Origin: Methanotrichaceae archaeon
Lineage (GTDB): Archaea > Halobacteriota > Methanosarcinia > Methanotrichales > Methanotrichaceae
Assembly: GCA_963803145.1 (NCBI GenBank)
Contig: CAWDLW010000042.1
Span: forward strand, 32,001 to 96,000
DNA length: 64,000 bases
Reading direction: 5' to 3'
Part shown: one piece after another, positions 1 to 10,164 of the stretch
How positions within the stretch are numbered: the stretch's first letter is position 1
How the letters are laid out: the number at the start of each line of letters is the position of its first letter
The notes under the pieces: model-generated
What the model saw: the letters and a program-made list of their open reading frames with translations, nothing else
Told to the model about the DNA's origin: nothing
Database searches by the model: none
Made by a program: the position numbers and the translations under genes

Positions 1-577
1 TTACAAGCTGCCTTCCCGCCTCTTTTGCAGCCTTGAAGACATTATCTAAAACGGCCTTTCCAATGCCATCCATCAAATGTCGCATTGGTTCTGCGCCGGG
101 TCGCAGGAGTGCTCCTGCGAATTCAGATCTTCCATCAGGGCTTGCATAAATTGCTTTCATCTGGGCAAGAATGGGATCGAACATGGATGTATCCCAGGAC
201 CCGCTGGAGGAGACAAGAACGATCTTCTGTTTCTTGGCTGCCATTTCTCCTGACATGTGAAGCGGCAGCTGTCTATCCATCAGGTTCTTGAGAGGACCAG
301 TAATACCAGCGTAGTATACTGGGCTAGCCCAAACAATGACATCGGCCTCTTTAATCTTAGGGAGAAGCATCTGCATATCATCATTTTGTCCGCACTTTCC
401 AGGATTCTTGTACCAGCAGCTCATATCTCCATTGCAAGGTCCTATTTTCATCTTCCTGGTGTAGTAGACTTCAACATTAGCGCCAGCTTCCCTCATTCCA
501 TCCAAGAACTGATTCAGGATCATAGCTGTGTTTCCCTCATCCATATGTGGACTACCGTTAATTGCTATAACATTCAT
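1..577 (-). CDS. Flavodoxin-fold iron-sulfur flavoprotein (Isf-like / NADPH-dependent FMN reductase family), truncated by the window edge
   Basis: Not in the ORF track. Manual translation from ATG 577: MNVIAINGSPHMDEGNT...GPCNGDMSCWYKNPGKC...ADVIVWASPVYYAGITGPLKNLMDR, open to position 1; AGGAGA upstream. Confidence 0.85.
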   Translation of the reverse strand, partial: MNVIAINGSPHMDEGNTAMILNQFLDGMREAGANVEVYYTRKMKIGPCNGDMSCWYKNPGKCGQNDDMQMLLPKIKEADVIVWASPVYYAGITGPLKNLMDRQLPLHMSGEMAAKKQKIVLVSSSGSWDTSMFDPILAQMKAIYASPDGRSEFAGALLRPGAEPMRHLMDGIGKAVLDNVFKAAKEAGRQLV

Positions 578-795
578 TATGTATTCTCCTTGACTGTTGC
601 TAGGTTTGATGTTGCATAAATCTTTTGAGCCAGATGAACATCTCCCTTGAGGCCGAGCTGGGCGTTGAAGGGCCCAGAGCGGAGAGAAAAAGGGGGCGGC
701 CGAAGTCCATTCCTTGCTCGTTTTATTCTGTTATCAGGCAAAGTTGGCAATAGTTCTTATATTACGACTCGTCTTTGGCCACCATTAGAGAAACA

Positions 796-1629
796 ATGAA
801 GATAGATGCCAAAAAGATCGCTATAAATGGTACTGAACTCAAGTACATAGAGCGAGGCAGTGGTATTCCGGTTATCTTCGTTCACGGAAGCCTCAATGAT
901 TTTCGTACCTGGGCCTTTCAAATGGGACCCTTCTCAAAGTGCTATCATACTATAGCAATCAGTCGGCGTTATCATTACCCCAGTGATCTCATGGATGTCG
1001 GGTGGGATTATTCTGCCATTAATCACGCAGAAGATCTGGCGGAGTTAATCGAAAAGCTAGGGCTCGCGCCTGTACATATCGTTGGTCATTCATATGGAGG
1101 TTACGCTTGTGCAATCCTGGCAGTCCAACATCCGGAGCTTGTACGCACATTGGTCCTATGCGAGCCGCCGATAGTTCCCTTGCTTGACGCAGTTCCAGGA
1201 GGAAAATCAATTGTCTCCAATTTCATGGACCAGATCTGGAAGCCTGTAGAAGAAGCGTTCGGGAAGGATGATTTAGAGAACGGAGTAAGGTTGTTTATAG
1301 ATGGAATACAGGGAGCGGGCACCTTTGATAAACTTCCACCAGCAGTTCTCGATATGATTATGGACAATGCGTCCGCTATGAAGGCCCAGGCGATTGCAAT
1401 AAATCAGTATCCGGCGTTTAGTTGCCAGGATGCACAAAGAATAGAGAAGCCGGTACTTCTGGTGAAAGGGGAAAATAGCTATAAAATGCTCCATACCATT
1501 TTGGAGGAGCTAAAACGCTGTCTACAAAATAGCAAGATAGCTATGATTCCTGGTGCATCTCATAATATGCATGTTGCCAATCCAAATGCATTTAATGAGG
1601 CAGTACTTGATTTCCTAGCCCAGACGTGA
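796..1629 (+). CDS. Alpha/beta fold hydrolase
   Basis: FVHG oxyanion motif, GHSYGG nucleophile elbow, C-terminal GASHNMH; ATG 796 preferred to TTG 775. Confidence 0.9.
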   Translation: MKIDAKKIAINGTELKYIERGSGIPVIFVHGSLNDFRTWAFQMGPFSKCYHTIAISRRYHYPSDLMDVGWDYSAINHAEDLAELIEKLGLAPVHIVGHSYGGYACAILAVQHPELVRTLVLCEPPIVPLLDAVPGGKSIVSNFMDQIWKPVEEAFGKDDLENGVRLFIDGIQGAGTFDKLPPAVLDMIMDNASAMKAQAIAINQYPAFSCQDAQRIEKPVLLVKGENSYKMLHTILEELKRCLQNSKIAMIPGASHNMHVANPNAFNEAVLDFLAQT

Positions 1630-1827
1630 TCTGAACCTCGATGCTTGTATGACATCTATGAATTCTCAATAATGAAAATAGTCCCAGGATAGGAGCCATT
1701 TTCGTACAAACGTATGGAGGATTATGTGACTAAGGCCCTTGAATAGGTGATCTGAACAAATTAAGATCTTAACCTGTTAACGCCCGAAACAAACAATTAG
1801 TCCTGATATAAAGAGATCAGTCCAACC

Positions 1828-2340
1828 ATGTGCACCCTGTCCCCAAACAATCTTGGATCCTCAATCTCCATACGGCATGAGCTCCATCCAGGCGATGTTG
1901 GCTATATAACCTATCTCCATGGCACAATCTATGCCGAGGAGCAGGGATTCGACAATACCTTTGATGCTTATGTTGCGATCCCTCTATCCGAGTTTTCGAA
2001 ATCGCGTTCACATCGCGAACGCATCTGGATCGTTGAAAAGGAGGGGAAGATAGTAGGCTCAGAAGCCATCGTTAAGTTCTCGGAAAGCGAGGCGCAGCTC
2101 AGGTGGCTGCTGCTTGACAGAAGCATAAGAGGCATTGGCCTTGGGCGGCAGCTGGTAGATGAGGCTTTGAAGTTCAGCTTGGATGCTGGATATTCGTATG
2201 TGTTTCTTTGGACTGTTAAGGCGCTCGTAGTAGCTACCAAACTTTATGAATCCTTTGGATTCAGGAAGGCTCAAGAGGAGACTCATGAGATTTGGGGCGG
2301 CATTATTACCGAAGTTAGGTATGAATTGGGGTTGAAATGA
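1828..2340 (+). CDS. GNAT family N-acetyltransferase
   Basis: RGIGLGRQL acetyl-CoA motif, KLYESFGF. Confidence 0.9.
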   Translation: MCTLSPNNLGSSISIRHELHPGDVGYITYLHGTIYAEEQGFDNTFDAYVAIPLSEFSKSRSHRERIWIVEKEGKIVGSEAIVKFSESEAQLRWLLLDRSIRGIGLGRQLVDEALKFSLDAGYSYVFLWTVKALVVATKLYESFGFRKAQEETHEIWGGIITEVRYELGLK

Positions 2341-2690
2341 TTATTCCGAGATCTCTTTATATTAGACTCGATCATAATGCCAGCCCAACCTCTCGCATAA
2401 AAATCATTCCTTTATGTCTTCATGCCTCCCTATGAAAAAATCATATTGCGCATCGATTTTTCATACTTAGGGCACGATTCATAGAATCATGAGGATTTTG
2501 TAGTGAATTTAGTTTTGTTTCGTTACAACCATTCGAGCGAGGTTCAACCATAAAGAACATAAAGGACGCGTAAAGGATATTTTCTGTATAGCTGGATATT
2601 ACCAGGAAGGGATTTAGTACCAATTTCAACCTCTATTCTTAATCGCCCTATTTGCAGGGCAAAACAGATTAACTTGTAATATGTAATTAG

Positions 2691-2785
2691 GATAAGAGGC
2701 AAAACGCCTTGATTAAGGCCGAAGCCTCTATCTGCCTGGAGGTTCATTATTGTCCCTCCTACATCGCCTCCGGGCAGCACAATTT
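2691..2785 (+). ncRNA. Candidate small RNA: two hairpins, the second with a UCCCUCCUACAUC loop
   Basis: Stems GATAAGAGGC/GCCTCTATC and CTGCCTGGAGG(2732-2742)/CCTCCGGGCAG(2767-2777); 13-nt loop motif identical to 4826-4838. Confidence 0.45.
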
Positions 2786-2813
2786 TCACTCTGTATTCGC
2801 GAGTCTCACAGTT

Positions 2814-3368
2814 TCAAGATTCGTCGATTTTTGCTAGACAATAACTGCAATCTTCGCGCATTAAGCATGAACTGCATTTTCTCTTTGAATTATGGTTCCT
2901 TGTGGGATGGCCTCCATTCCAGCACATCCTCATTTCCTCAACAGTTGACAGCAGATCTTTCCTGAGTGCATCATCGAACTTAATCAAGTGCTGTTTTCCA
3001 TCGCCGTATACTAATATCCCGTAGGGAACAGTCTTGCTGTAGGTCTCCTCGATAAGAAGGCAGTAGGCTGCCAGCTGCAGCACATGGCCCCTGTGAGGTT
3101 GCTTCGCGCGTCCGCTTTTTAGCTCCACAGGTATGAGCACATTATCCTTGTCTTTGATTATGTAGTCGGGCTTGCCTGAGATCCCAAATCGCTTGGAGAA
3201 CAGAGGCTTTGCAGGCCTAACCAAGTCTGAGTATATCACCTTTCCATCATGAATACCATATTTTCTTCTAGTAGATTCAATAGCTGAGGACTTCCTTCTG
3301 GCAAAGGCATAAAATATCAGCGCTAAGGCAAATAGCAGCACAATCAAATATAAGATCGTACCAACCAC
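2814..3368 (-). CDS. cas4: Stand-alone Cas4-like PD-(D/E)XK nuclease, C-terminal part, with N-terminal TM helix
   Basis: GKPDY..ELKSG, QLAAY, C-terminal CxxCx5C; hydrophobic N-terminus; lacks the first Fe-S Cys. Confidence 0.8.
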   Translation of the reverse strand: MVGTILYLIVLLFALALIFYAFARRKSSAIESTRRKYGIHDGKVIYSDLVRPAKPLFSKRFGISGKPDYIIKDKDNVLIPVELKSGRAKQPHRGHVLQLAAYCLLIEETYSKTVPYGILVYGDGKQHLIKFDDALRKDLLSTVEEMRMCWNGGHPTRNHNSKRKCSSCLMREDCSYCLAKIDES

Positions 3369-3628
3369 CCGAATGCAGCTAAGGCGCCTATAAGCATCAG
3401 ATATTCCAGAATGCGTACTATCCTAAGAGACCTCTCCTGACTTTGAACCTGCAGTAGCCTCTTACCAGCCTCGATATGCTCGTATCTGCCCCTTTCAAGG
3501 CTGGGGGATTCCGGTATGCCGTCACACCTCTCAAGGTACCAGGCAACTGGACAATAAGCGTATTGCGATATCTCCGATGCTGTAATAACATCTCTTTTTG
3601 TGCCTCTTCTCATTGTGATCCCGCTCAA
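3344..3628 (-). CDS. Cas4 N-terminal fragment with C-terminal TM helix
   Basis: ITASEISQYAYCP..WY..G...H matches the Cas4 N-terminus; hydrophobic tail; overlaps the next gene by 25 nt; alternative ATG at 3613. Confidence 0.7.
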   Translation of the reverse strand: MSGITMRRGTKRDVITASEISQYAYCPVAWYLERCDGIPESPSLERGRYEHIEAGKRLLQVQSQERSLRIVRILEYLMLIGALAAFGWLVRSYI

Positions 3629-3713
3629 AGCGATTAGTATACAATAGCTCGTGGCCTAAAACAGTCTATGATCCGATAAGAGATATTAATGATCTGTTTC
3701 ATCTCCATCTTGA

Positions 3714-4739
3714 ATGTCGGGTTATCAAATGCAAGCCGGATCATTGGGCGTAAAGGTGCAGAGAGGCTGCGGCGAGAGATTTCGCCGCGCTTTGATAGAG
3801 CTTGAGCTTTTTGATCGTAATCGCAGGATTACATCCGATGAAAGCCACATCTATCTTCCAGTCTTACCGCTAAACAAGGATGCACAAAGCACGCTTCTGG
3901 AAATCGGAGACTTCGAGATAATTGAAGCTGACTTTAAGCCTGAAGATCGCATACTGAGCCCGGAGGACATACTGGGATACAAGCCCAGCTTTGAGGTCGT
4001 GGGTGATATCGCCATTGTAGAGGCTGAAAACGCCGAAAAGGCGGAAGAGGTTGCAGATGTGCTGATGTCCCTTTACAAAAGCATAAAGACTGTCATCGCC
4101 CCCATATCTGATGTCGAGGGAGAGTTCAGAACACGCAGGTTCAGGCATGTTGCAGGACAATTAGGTACTACAACCGTTCACAGGGAGCACGGCCTGAGAT
4201 ACTGCATCGATCTTGAGGGTGCTTACTTCAGCCCAAGACTTGGAACTGAGCGGCTCAGAGTCGCACGGCAAATCCATTCAGCCGATATCGTGCTTGACAT
4301 GTTTGCAGGTGTTGGGCCATTTGCTCTTCTTATCGCAAAAAAGGGCGCAAAGGTCATAGCCATCGATAAGAACCCCGTGGCTGTGAGATGCCTTAGAGAG
4401 AATGCTCGATTGAACAAAGTCCAGGCAGAAATCCTTGAAGGCGATGCCGCAGAGCTGGCATCGAGGTATGAGAATACGGCAGATCATGTCATCATGAATC
4501 TTCCCCACAGCGCATCTCGATTTCTGGCACCTGCTATAAAAGCCGTAAAAGCGGCGGGGGGGGTGGTGCATTATTACAGCATAGCATCCGTTGAAGATCT
4601 TTATGCAGATGCGGAGTTGATTAAAAAGGCTACGTCAAGTATTGGCGCTTCTGCGGAGATCTTATATCGAGGCATTGTGAGAAGTTATGCCCCAAGAAAA
4701 TACAATATAGTAATGGATTTCAGACTAATCAAGCCATAA
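3714..4739 (+). CDS. trm5: Trm5/Met-10+ family tRNA methyltransferase
   Basis: YFSPRLGTERLR, DMFAGVGPF, MNLP, VRSYAP. Confidence 0.85.
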   Translation: MSGYQMQAGSLGVKVQRGCGERFRRALIELELFDRNRRITSDESHIYLPVLPLNKDAQSTLLEIGDFEIIEADFKPEDRILSPEDILGYKPSFEVVGDIAIVEAENAEKAEEVADVLMSLYKSIKTVIAPISDVEGEFRTRRFRHVAGQLGTTTVHREHGLRYCIDLEGAYFSPRLGTERLRVARQIHSADIVLDMFAGVGPFALLIAKKGAKVIAIDKNPVAVRCLRENARLNKVQAEILEGDAAELASRYENTADHVIMNLPHSASRFLAPAIKAVKAAGGVVHYYSIASVEDLYADAELIKKATSSIGASAEILYRGIVRSYAPRKYNIVMDFRLIKP

Positions 4740-4790
4740 TCAGCCAAGAGCTATTATCGTAAAATTTATATTCAATGAGCATAGTATTAG

Positions 4791-4860
4791 TATTAATAGC
4801 AAAAGTCGTCCGATTTTAGATAGTCTCCCTCCTACATCCCTTAACGACTTTTGCTAATAC
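4791..4860 (+). ncRNA. Candidate small RNA, hairpin with anti-SD loop
   Basis: TTTATA at 4765; perfect 13-bp stem 4797-4809/4844-4856; loop contains GTCTCCCTCCTACATC. Confidence 0.55.
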
Positions 4861-4976
4861 ATATTATATACGTCTATTTAGTATTCGCAACCAATCGATG
4901 CTTCAGATAAGTTATGGATAGACAAGTTTTGGATGATCACATTAAATTAATTTAGGATCATTTCCAAGTTATAACT

Positions 4977-6320
4977 ATGAATAGTTTGAAACTTATTCCA
5001 TATACATTCCTTCTTACAGCGGTTCTTTTGGCGATAACCATCTACCTAAATCCTGCCACTGCATTAAGCGCAACAGCAAATGCATCTATCCCGCCAGGTC
5101 TCGAGAAGATAGAGCATTTCGTATTCATTATGCAAGAGAACCGCGCCTTTGATCATTACTTCGGGACCTATCCTGGAGCAGAAGGACTCTCACAGGGCAT
5201 ATGCCTGTCTGATCCCGTCGGCGGAGGATGTGTGGCACCTTACCATGACACGAACGATGTTAACCGCGGTGGTCCGCACGGGTGGGATAATGCCTGGGCA
5301 GATATCGATGGCGGCAAGATGGATGGATTTGTGGCGCAGGCCTACAAGGGCATAAGCGCAAAAGGCAGTGAGCCTTGTCTGCCTCCATCGCCCGACTGCA
5401 CCCCGGGCAGAAATCCCAGGGATGTAATGGGATATCACGATTACCATGAGATCCCCAACTACTGGAACTACGCACGCCTTTACGTTTTGCAGGACCATAT
5501 GTTTGAGTCCGTTGCATCTTATAGCCTTCCTGCCCATCTTTACATGCTCACAGCTCAGAGCGGAGGCTATACAGGAGCGGATAAGCAGCCAATGCCCTCG
5601 ACCTACAACTTCTCCGAAATAACTGAGCTTCTTACCAGCGACAAGATAGACTGGAAATATTACGTGACCTCGGGAAAGCTGCCGGATACCGAGGATGACC
5701 ATGTTGTGGGAAGCAAGGCACAGCAGGAGCAGGATCCTCATAAATACACTTTTTGGAATCCACTACCAGCATTTCCTAAGGTCAGGAATGATCCCGGACA
5801 AAATAGCAGGCTTGTGGACACATCGCAGTTCTATGAGGACGCGAGAAAAGGAACCCTTCCCCAGGTGAGTTGGATTATACCCTCGGGCAATGTCAGTGAG
5901 CATCCGCCTGCGGGAGTACGTGAGGGGATGGCCTATGTGACTGGCCTAGTAAATGCAGTTATGGAAGGTCCGGAATGGAACACAACTGCCATATTCATAA
6001 GCTGGGATGATTGGGGAGGATTCTACGATCATGTGCCTCCGCCGAAGGTTGATACTTATGGCTATGGCATAAGGGTTCCGGGATTGGTTATAAGCCCATA
6101 TGCCAAGCGGGGCCATATCGATAAGCACGTTTATTCCTTCGAATCCTGGCTGAAGATCGTGGAGGAACGGTTTGGCGTTAGTCCGATGACCGCTCGGGAT
6201 ACTACAGCTGGAGATATGCTCGATGCTTTCGACTTCAGCCAGAAGCCACGACCGCCCATAATCCTGAACGCAACTCGTGAGGGAACGCCATATCCTCTGC
6301 CTTTGAAGACGCTAAAGTAG
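4977..6320 (+). CDS. Secreted phospholipase C / acid phosphoesterase family protein
   Basis: Signal peptide, [36 protein letters not shown]. Confidence 0.9.
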   Translation: MNSLKLIPYTFLLTAVLLAITIYLNPATALSATANASIPPGLEKIEHFVFIMQENRAFDHYFGTYPGAEGLSQGICLSDPVGGGCVAPYHDTNDVNRGGPHGWDNAWADIDGGKMDGFVAQAYKGISAKGSEPCLPPSPDCTPGRNPRDVMGYHDYHEIPNYWNYARLYVLQDHMFESVASYSLPAHLYMLTAQSGGYTGADKQPMPSTYNFSEITELLTSDKIDWKYYVTSGKLPDTEDDHVVGSKAQQEQDPHKYTFWNPLPAFPKVRNDPGQNSRLVDTSQFYEDARKGTLPQVSWIIPSGNVSEHPPAGVREGMAYVTGLVNAVMEGPEWNTTAIFISWDDWGGFYDHVPPPKVDTYGYGIRVPGLVISPYAKRGHIDKHVYSFESWLKIVEERFGVSPMTARDTTAGDMLDAFDFSQKPRPPIILNATREGTPYPLPLKTLK

Positions 6321-6417
6321 GAGCTATACAGTTGAATTATATGTTGCCATTTTGGCGGAATAAAATTGATTAACCTCAGCTAACTTAAATGTAGCTTCTA
6401 TAGAGATGGCAGGATCT

Positions 6418-7437
6418 TCATGCTTTCTTCTTTTCCATCGAGCTAAAGATCTTCGACTTACGCAGAAGGAAGAAGCCAATCAACATCGGCAGCCAGAAAT
6501 CCAGCCCGCGGAAGGCCAATACTACAACAGTGGCAGTGGTGCCATGGACTCCCAGAGAGTTATAGGCAATGGCCATAACTCCTTCCACCAGCCCAATTCC
6601 CTGAGGCACGGGTGAGATATTCCAGAAGAGAATGCCTATGGCATATCCTGCTACCAATGGGCCGATGCTAATAGAGGTGTGGTAGGCGAGAAACAGGGCA
6701 TAGATGCTGGCAATATTGATCAGATGAGCGCTCAGCGCAGTCCCGAGGGTACGAGCCAGCCTCACAGGATGCACCTCTATGGCTTTTGCAGCATCGACGA
6801 AATCGTTCGCATTCTGTGAAGCCCAGCCGTCTTCCAGCAGCGGCTTATGCCTAATCCTGCAGGCCAGACTCCTTATGCCTCTCTGGGCTAGATTAAGCAT
6901 GCGTCCAAGAAGGGCTGGTCGAAACATGCCCAGAAGTAAAGCTGTGCTTAGGCCAAATAGCACTATTAACATTAACACAGCACCGATAATCTCGTAATCT
7001 TTCAGCTCCTCCTGTATGTAGAGATATCCCAGGCTTATAGCCAGGATAAAAGCGAAGGATACATAATCTGATATCTGAGCCAGGAGGGTTCCTGCGGTGG
7101 CCCGGGCCGGAGATTGGCCGCGATTGGAGAGGTCATCAATAAAGAGAGCTACTCCTCCCATTCCCCATGTAGGTGCTATTGTGTTGACGAACTGCGAGCC
7201 AAAGGTAAGGGGCAGGAGCTCATTTATACGGCTTTTAACTTCAACTGCCTTGAAGGCGAACCAGAACATAACTGTAAAGGCGGTGAAGTATGCTGCTTGC
7301 AGTAGTGCTGCGACAAGAATCCATTGCACGTTTCCCTTAATGAGAAGCTCTGCAATCCCCTTTATTTCGGCGAAGCTACTTACGATCAGCCAGACAAATG
7401 CCGCTGCCAAAAGCCAGAATATCCACCATCGTTTCAT
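6418..7437 (-). CDS. Lysylphosphatidylglycerol synthase TM-domain / flippase-like membrane protein
   Basis: Multi-TM; PQGIGLVE and FRGLDFWLP motifs. Confidence 0.8.
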   Translation of the reverse strand: MKRWWIFWLLAAAFVWLIVSSFAEIKGIAELLIKGNVQWILVAALLQAAYFTAFTVMFWFAFKAVEVKSRINELLPLTFGSQFVNTIAPTWGMGGVALFIDDLSNRGQSPARATAGTLLAQISDYVSFAFILAISLGYLYIQEELKDYEIIGAVLMLIVLFGLSTALLLGMFRPALLGRMLNLAQRGIRSLACRIRHKPLLEDGWASQNANDFVDAAKAIEVHPVRLARTLGTALSAHLINIASIYALFLAYHTSISIGPLVAGYAIGILFWNISPVPQGIGLVEGVMAIAYNSLGVHGTTATVVVLAFRGLDFWLPMLIGFFLLRKSKIFSSMEKKKA

Positions 7438-7567
7438 CTATGTCTCTTGCTAATCCAGGCATCTAAGAAATCAATGCCCAAAACCATTCAGCCTGATCTG
7501 TATTCTTTCTTTAATATACGTAGCGGCATCGGAAATAATTATCTATAGAGCGAAGGGATATTATTTT

Positions 7568-10084
7568 ATGGGCTCTGACCCACAAGCATTCTGGAGCATC
7601 TCAGCTGATGAGCAACTGATGCAGCTTAACACCAGCGCCAGCGGTCTAGCTGAATCTGAAGCTGATAATAGGCTCAAAACATACGGCCCAAATACGCTTA
7701 GAGAAAAAAAGGAGTCATCTGCACTAAGGCTACTACTCTCCCAGTTCAAGAGCCCCATCATCTTACTGCTGCTGTTTTCTGCAATTTTATCATTTTTCCT
7801 GAGCCAAGGAATTCAAGCTTTAATAATAGTAATAATATTATTAATAAGCGGCGTGCTGGGCTTCTGGCAGGAGTACACTGCAACTGATGCAGTATCCAGG
7901 CTTCTGGAGTTGGTTCAGGTCAAGGCTACTGTGCTGCGGGGTGAAGGTCAGAAGGATGTGCCTATTGAGGATATCGTGCCGGGGGATATTATCCTGCTCA
8001 GGGCAGGCGATATCATACCTGGAGACTCCATCATCCTCGAATCGAAGGACCTTTTCGTAAATGAGGCGACTCTTACCGGTGAGACTTATCCTGTTGAGAA
8101 GTTTGCTGGAGCAGTGCCCGGAGACACACCGCTGAATAGACGCATCAATAGCCTCTTCATGGGAACGAGCGCTGTTAGCGGAACGGCCAAGGCAGTGATC
8201 GTAAGCACAGGTCTCCAGACCGAGTTCGGCAAGGTCTCGCAGAGGCTGAGGTTCAGGCCTCCCGAGACTGAGTTCGAGCATGGAGTGCGCCATTTTGGCT
8301 ATATGCTGATGGAGATCACCCTCCTGCTGGTGGTAGCCATTTTTGCCATAAATGTCTACCTTACAAAGCCAGTCATCGATTCCTTCCTGTTCTCCCTTGC
8401 CCTGGCAGTCGGACTTACTCCTCAGCTTCTGCCCGCGACAATCAGCATCAACTTAGCACACGGAGCCAGAAGGATGGCTGCTCACAAGGTTATAGTCAAG
8501 AGGCTGGCTTCGCTTGAGAACTTCGGCAGCATGAATGTGCTCTGCTGCGATAAGACTGGCACTCTCACCGAAGGCGTTGTTCAACTACATTCCTCTCTGG
8601 ATGTGGAGGGCAACAGCAGTAATAAGGTCTTATTCTATGCCTATCTTAACTCCTTTTATGAGACTGGCTTTGCGAATCCAATAGACAAGGCAATTCTCAG
8701 CGCTGGCCCAATGGATATCTCAGGATACAAGAAGCTAGACGAAGTTCCCTATGATTTTTTGCGTAAGCGTCTGAGCATCCTTGTTTCAAAAGGTGATGAA
8801 CACCTCATCATAACAAAAGGCGCACTGTCAAACATCCTAGAAGTCAGTACAACTGCTGAAACGTCACAGGGAATAGTGGATATATCCACCATTAGCGAGG
8901 CAATTCAAAATAAGTATAACGATCTCAGCAATCAGGGTCTGCGCGTGCTTGGGCTGGCCGCTCGAAAGATCAATGCAAAGGTCTGCCTTACAAGAGACGA
9001 AGCTGATATGACCTTTCTAGGCTTCCTGGTTTTCAACGATCCTCCCAAAGCAGATGTAATCGAAGCCATCAGCAGCCTGAACCAACTAGGGGTCGAGCTC
9101 AAAGTGATCACCGGCGATAACCGAATAGTAGCTGCTAGCGTGGGAAAACAGGTAGGCATGAAAAATATGCGTGTGCTCACTGGCCAGGAGATTCTCAGGA
9201 TGAGCGACGGTGCACTCCTAAGACAGGTCCAGGATGCAGATATATTTGCAGAGGTCGAACCAAACCAGAAGGAGCGCATAATTCTGGCCATGAGAAAGGC
9301 AGGGAATGTTGTAGGCTACATGGGCGATGGAATCAATGATGCATCGGCTCTTCATGCCTCCGATATCGGCATTTCCGTTGACAGCGCCGTGGATGTGGCG
9401 AAGGAGGCTGCAGATGTAGTTTTAATGGAGAAGGATCTGAGCGTGTTATCCGAGGGCGTCATCGAAGGCAGAAAAACGTTCTCAAATACAATGAAATATG
9501 TCTTCATGGCCACAAGCGCTAACTTCGGAAATATGTTCAGCATGGCCGTTGTCTCCATCGTTATACCCTTCCTGCCGCTGCTTCCGACCCAAGTTCTCCT
9601 GACAAATCTTCTTCAAAACTTTCCGCAGATCACAATAGCGAGCGATAGCGTGGATGAAGAACTAATCGCAAAGCCGCGTCGCTGGTCGATAAGGTTTATC
9701 ACAGACTTCATGGTAGTATTTGGCATCATCAGCTCTCTTTTCGATTTCGTCACCTTCGGAGTGCTATTGCTTCTTCTGCACGCAAGCGTGGTTCAGTTCA
9801 GGACAGGCTGGTTCATAGAATCAGTGATATCTGCATCCATGGTAGTACTGATCATTCGCACAAGAAGGCCGTTCTTTAAGTCAACGCCAGGGAGATATCT
9901 GTTGATCACAACTATTCTGGTCGGCCTGGCCACGTTTATTCTGCCCTACACACCTCTATCGGGACCATTCGGATTCACTCCAATGCCTATGTATTTCTTG
10001 CTGATAGTGATTGCAATCGTTGCATTGTATATTGCATTAGCCGAGGTTGCAAAGAGATTTTTCTATCAAAAAATCAAATATTAA
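7568..10084 (+). CDS. mgtA: Magnesium-translocating P-type ATPase
   Basis: TGE, AVGLTPQLLP, DKTGTLT, GDGINDA, SANFGNMFS. Confidence 0.88.
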   Translation: MGSDPQAFWSISADEQLMQLNTSASGLAESEADNRLKTYGPNTLREKKESSALRLLLSQFKSPIILLLLFSAILSFFLSQGIQALIIVIILLISGVLGFWQEYTATDAVSRLLELVQVKATVLRGEGQKDVPIEDIVPGDIILLRAGDIIPGDSIILESKDLFVNEATLTGETYPVEKFAGAVPGDTPLNRRINSLFMGTSAVSGTAKAVIVSTGLQTEFGKVSQRLRFRPPETEFEHGVRHFGYMLMEITLLLVVAIFAINVYLTKPVIDSFLFSLALAVGLTPQLLPATISINLAHGARRMAAHKVIVKRLASLENFGSMNVLCCDKTGTLTEGVVQLHSSLDVEGNSSNKVLFYAYLNSFYETGFANPIDKAILSAGPMDISGYKKLDEVPYDFLRKRLSILVSKGDEHLIITKGALSNILEVSTTAETSQGIVDISTISEAIQNKYNDLSNQGLRVLGLAARKINAKVCLTRDEADMTFLGFLVFNDPPKADVIEAISSLNQLGVELKVITGDNRIVAASVGKQVGMKNMRVLTGQEILRMSDGALLRQVQDADIFAEVEPNQKERIILAMRKAGNVVGYMGDGINDASALHASDIGISVDSAVDVAKEAADVVLMEKDLSVLSEGVIEGRKTFSNTMKYVFMATSANFGNMFSMAVVSIVIPFLPLLPTQVLLTNLLQNFPQITIASDSVDEELIAKPRRWSIRFITDFMVVFGIISSLFDFVTFGVLLLLLHASVVQFRTGWFIESVISASMVVLIIRTRRPFFKSTPGRYLLITTILVGLATFILPYTPLSGPFGFTPMPMYFLLIVIAIVALYIALAEVAKRFFYQKIKY

Positions 10085-10164
10085 AGAACATAAAAATCAA
10101 AATGCTGAGATGTCTCGACGATATGATAAAATTAGCTTTATGGCAGTATTCCGCTATAATCCTC

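Noticed and set aside
85-619. Plus-strand ORFs 85-291 and 257-619
   Set aside because: Antisense to the flavoprotein gene on the minus strand
1626-1757. GTGATCTGAAC repeated twice
   Set aside because: Only 11 nt, with no supporting structure
2696-2730. c-di-GMP-I riboswitch (GGCAAA..AAGCC)
   Set aside because: Loop is GATT rather than GNRA, there is no receptor helix, and no same-strand gene lies downstream
2340-2814. CRISPR array next to cas4
   Set aside because: No regularly spaced repeats of 25-40 nt here or elsewhere in the window
2753-4838. 13-nt direct repeat as att sites around cas4-trm5
   Set aside because: trm5 is a core gene and both copies sit in hairpin loops, which fits an RNA motif better
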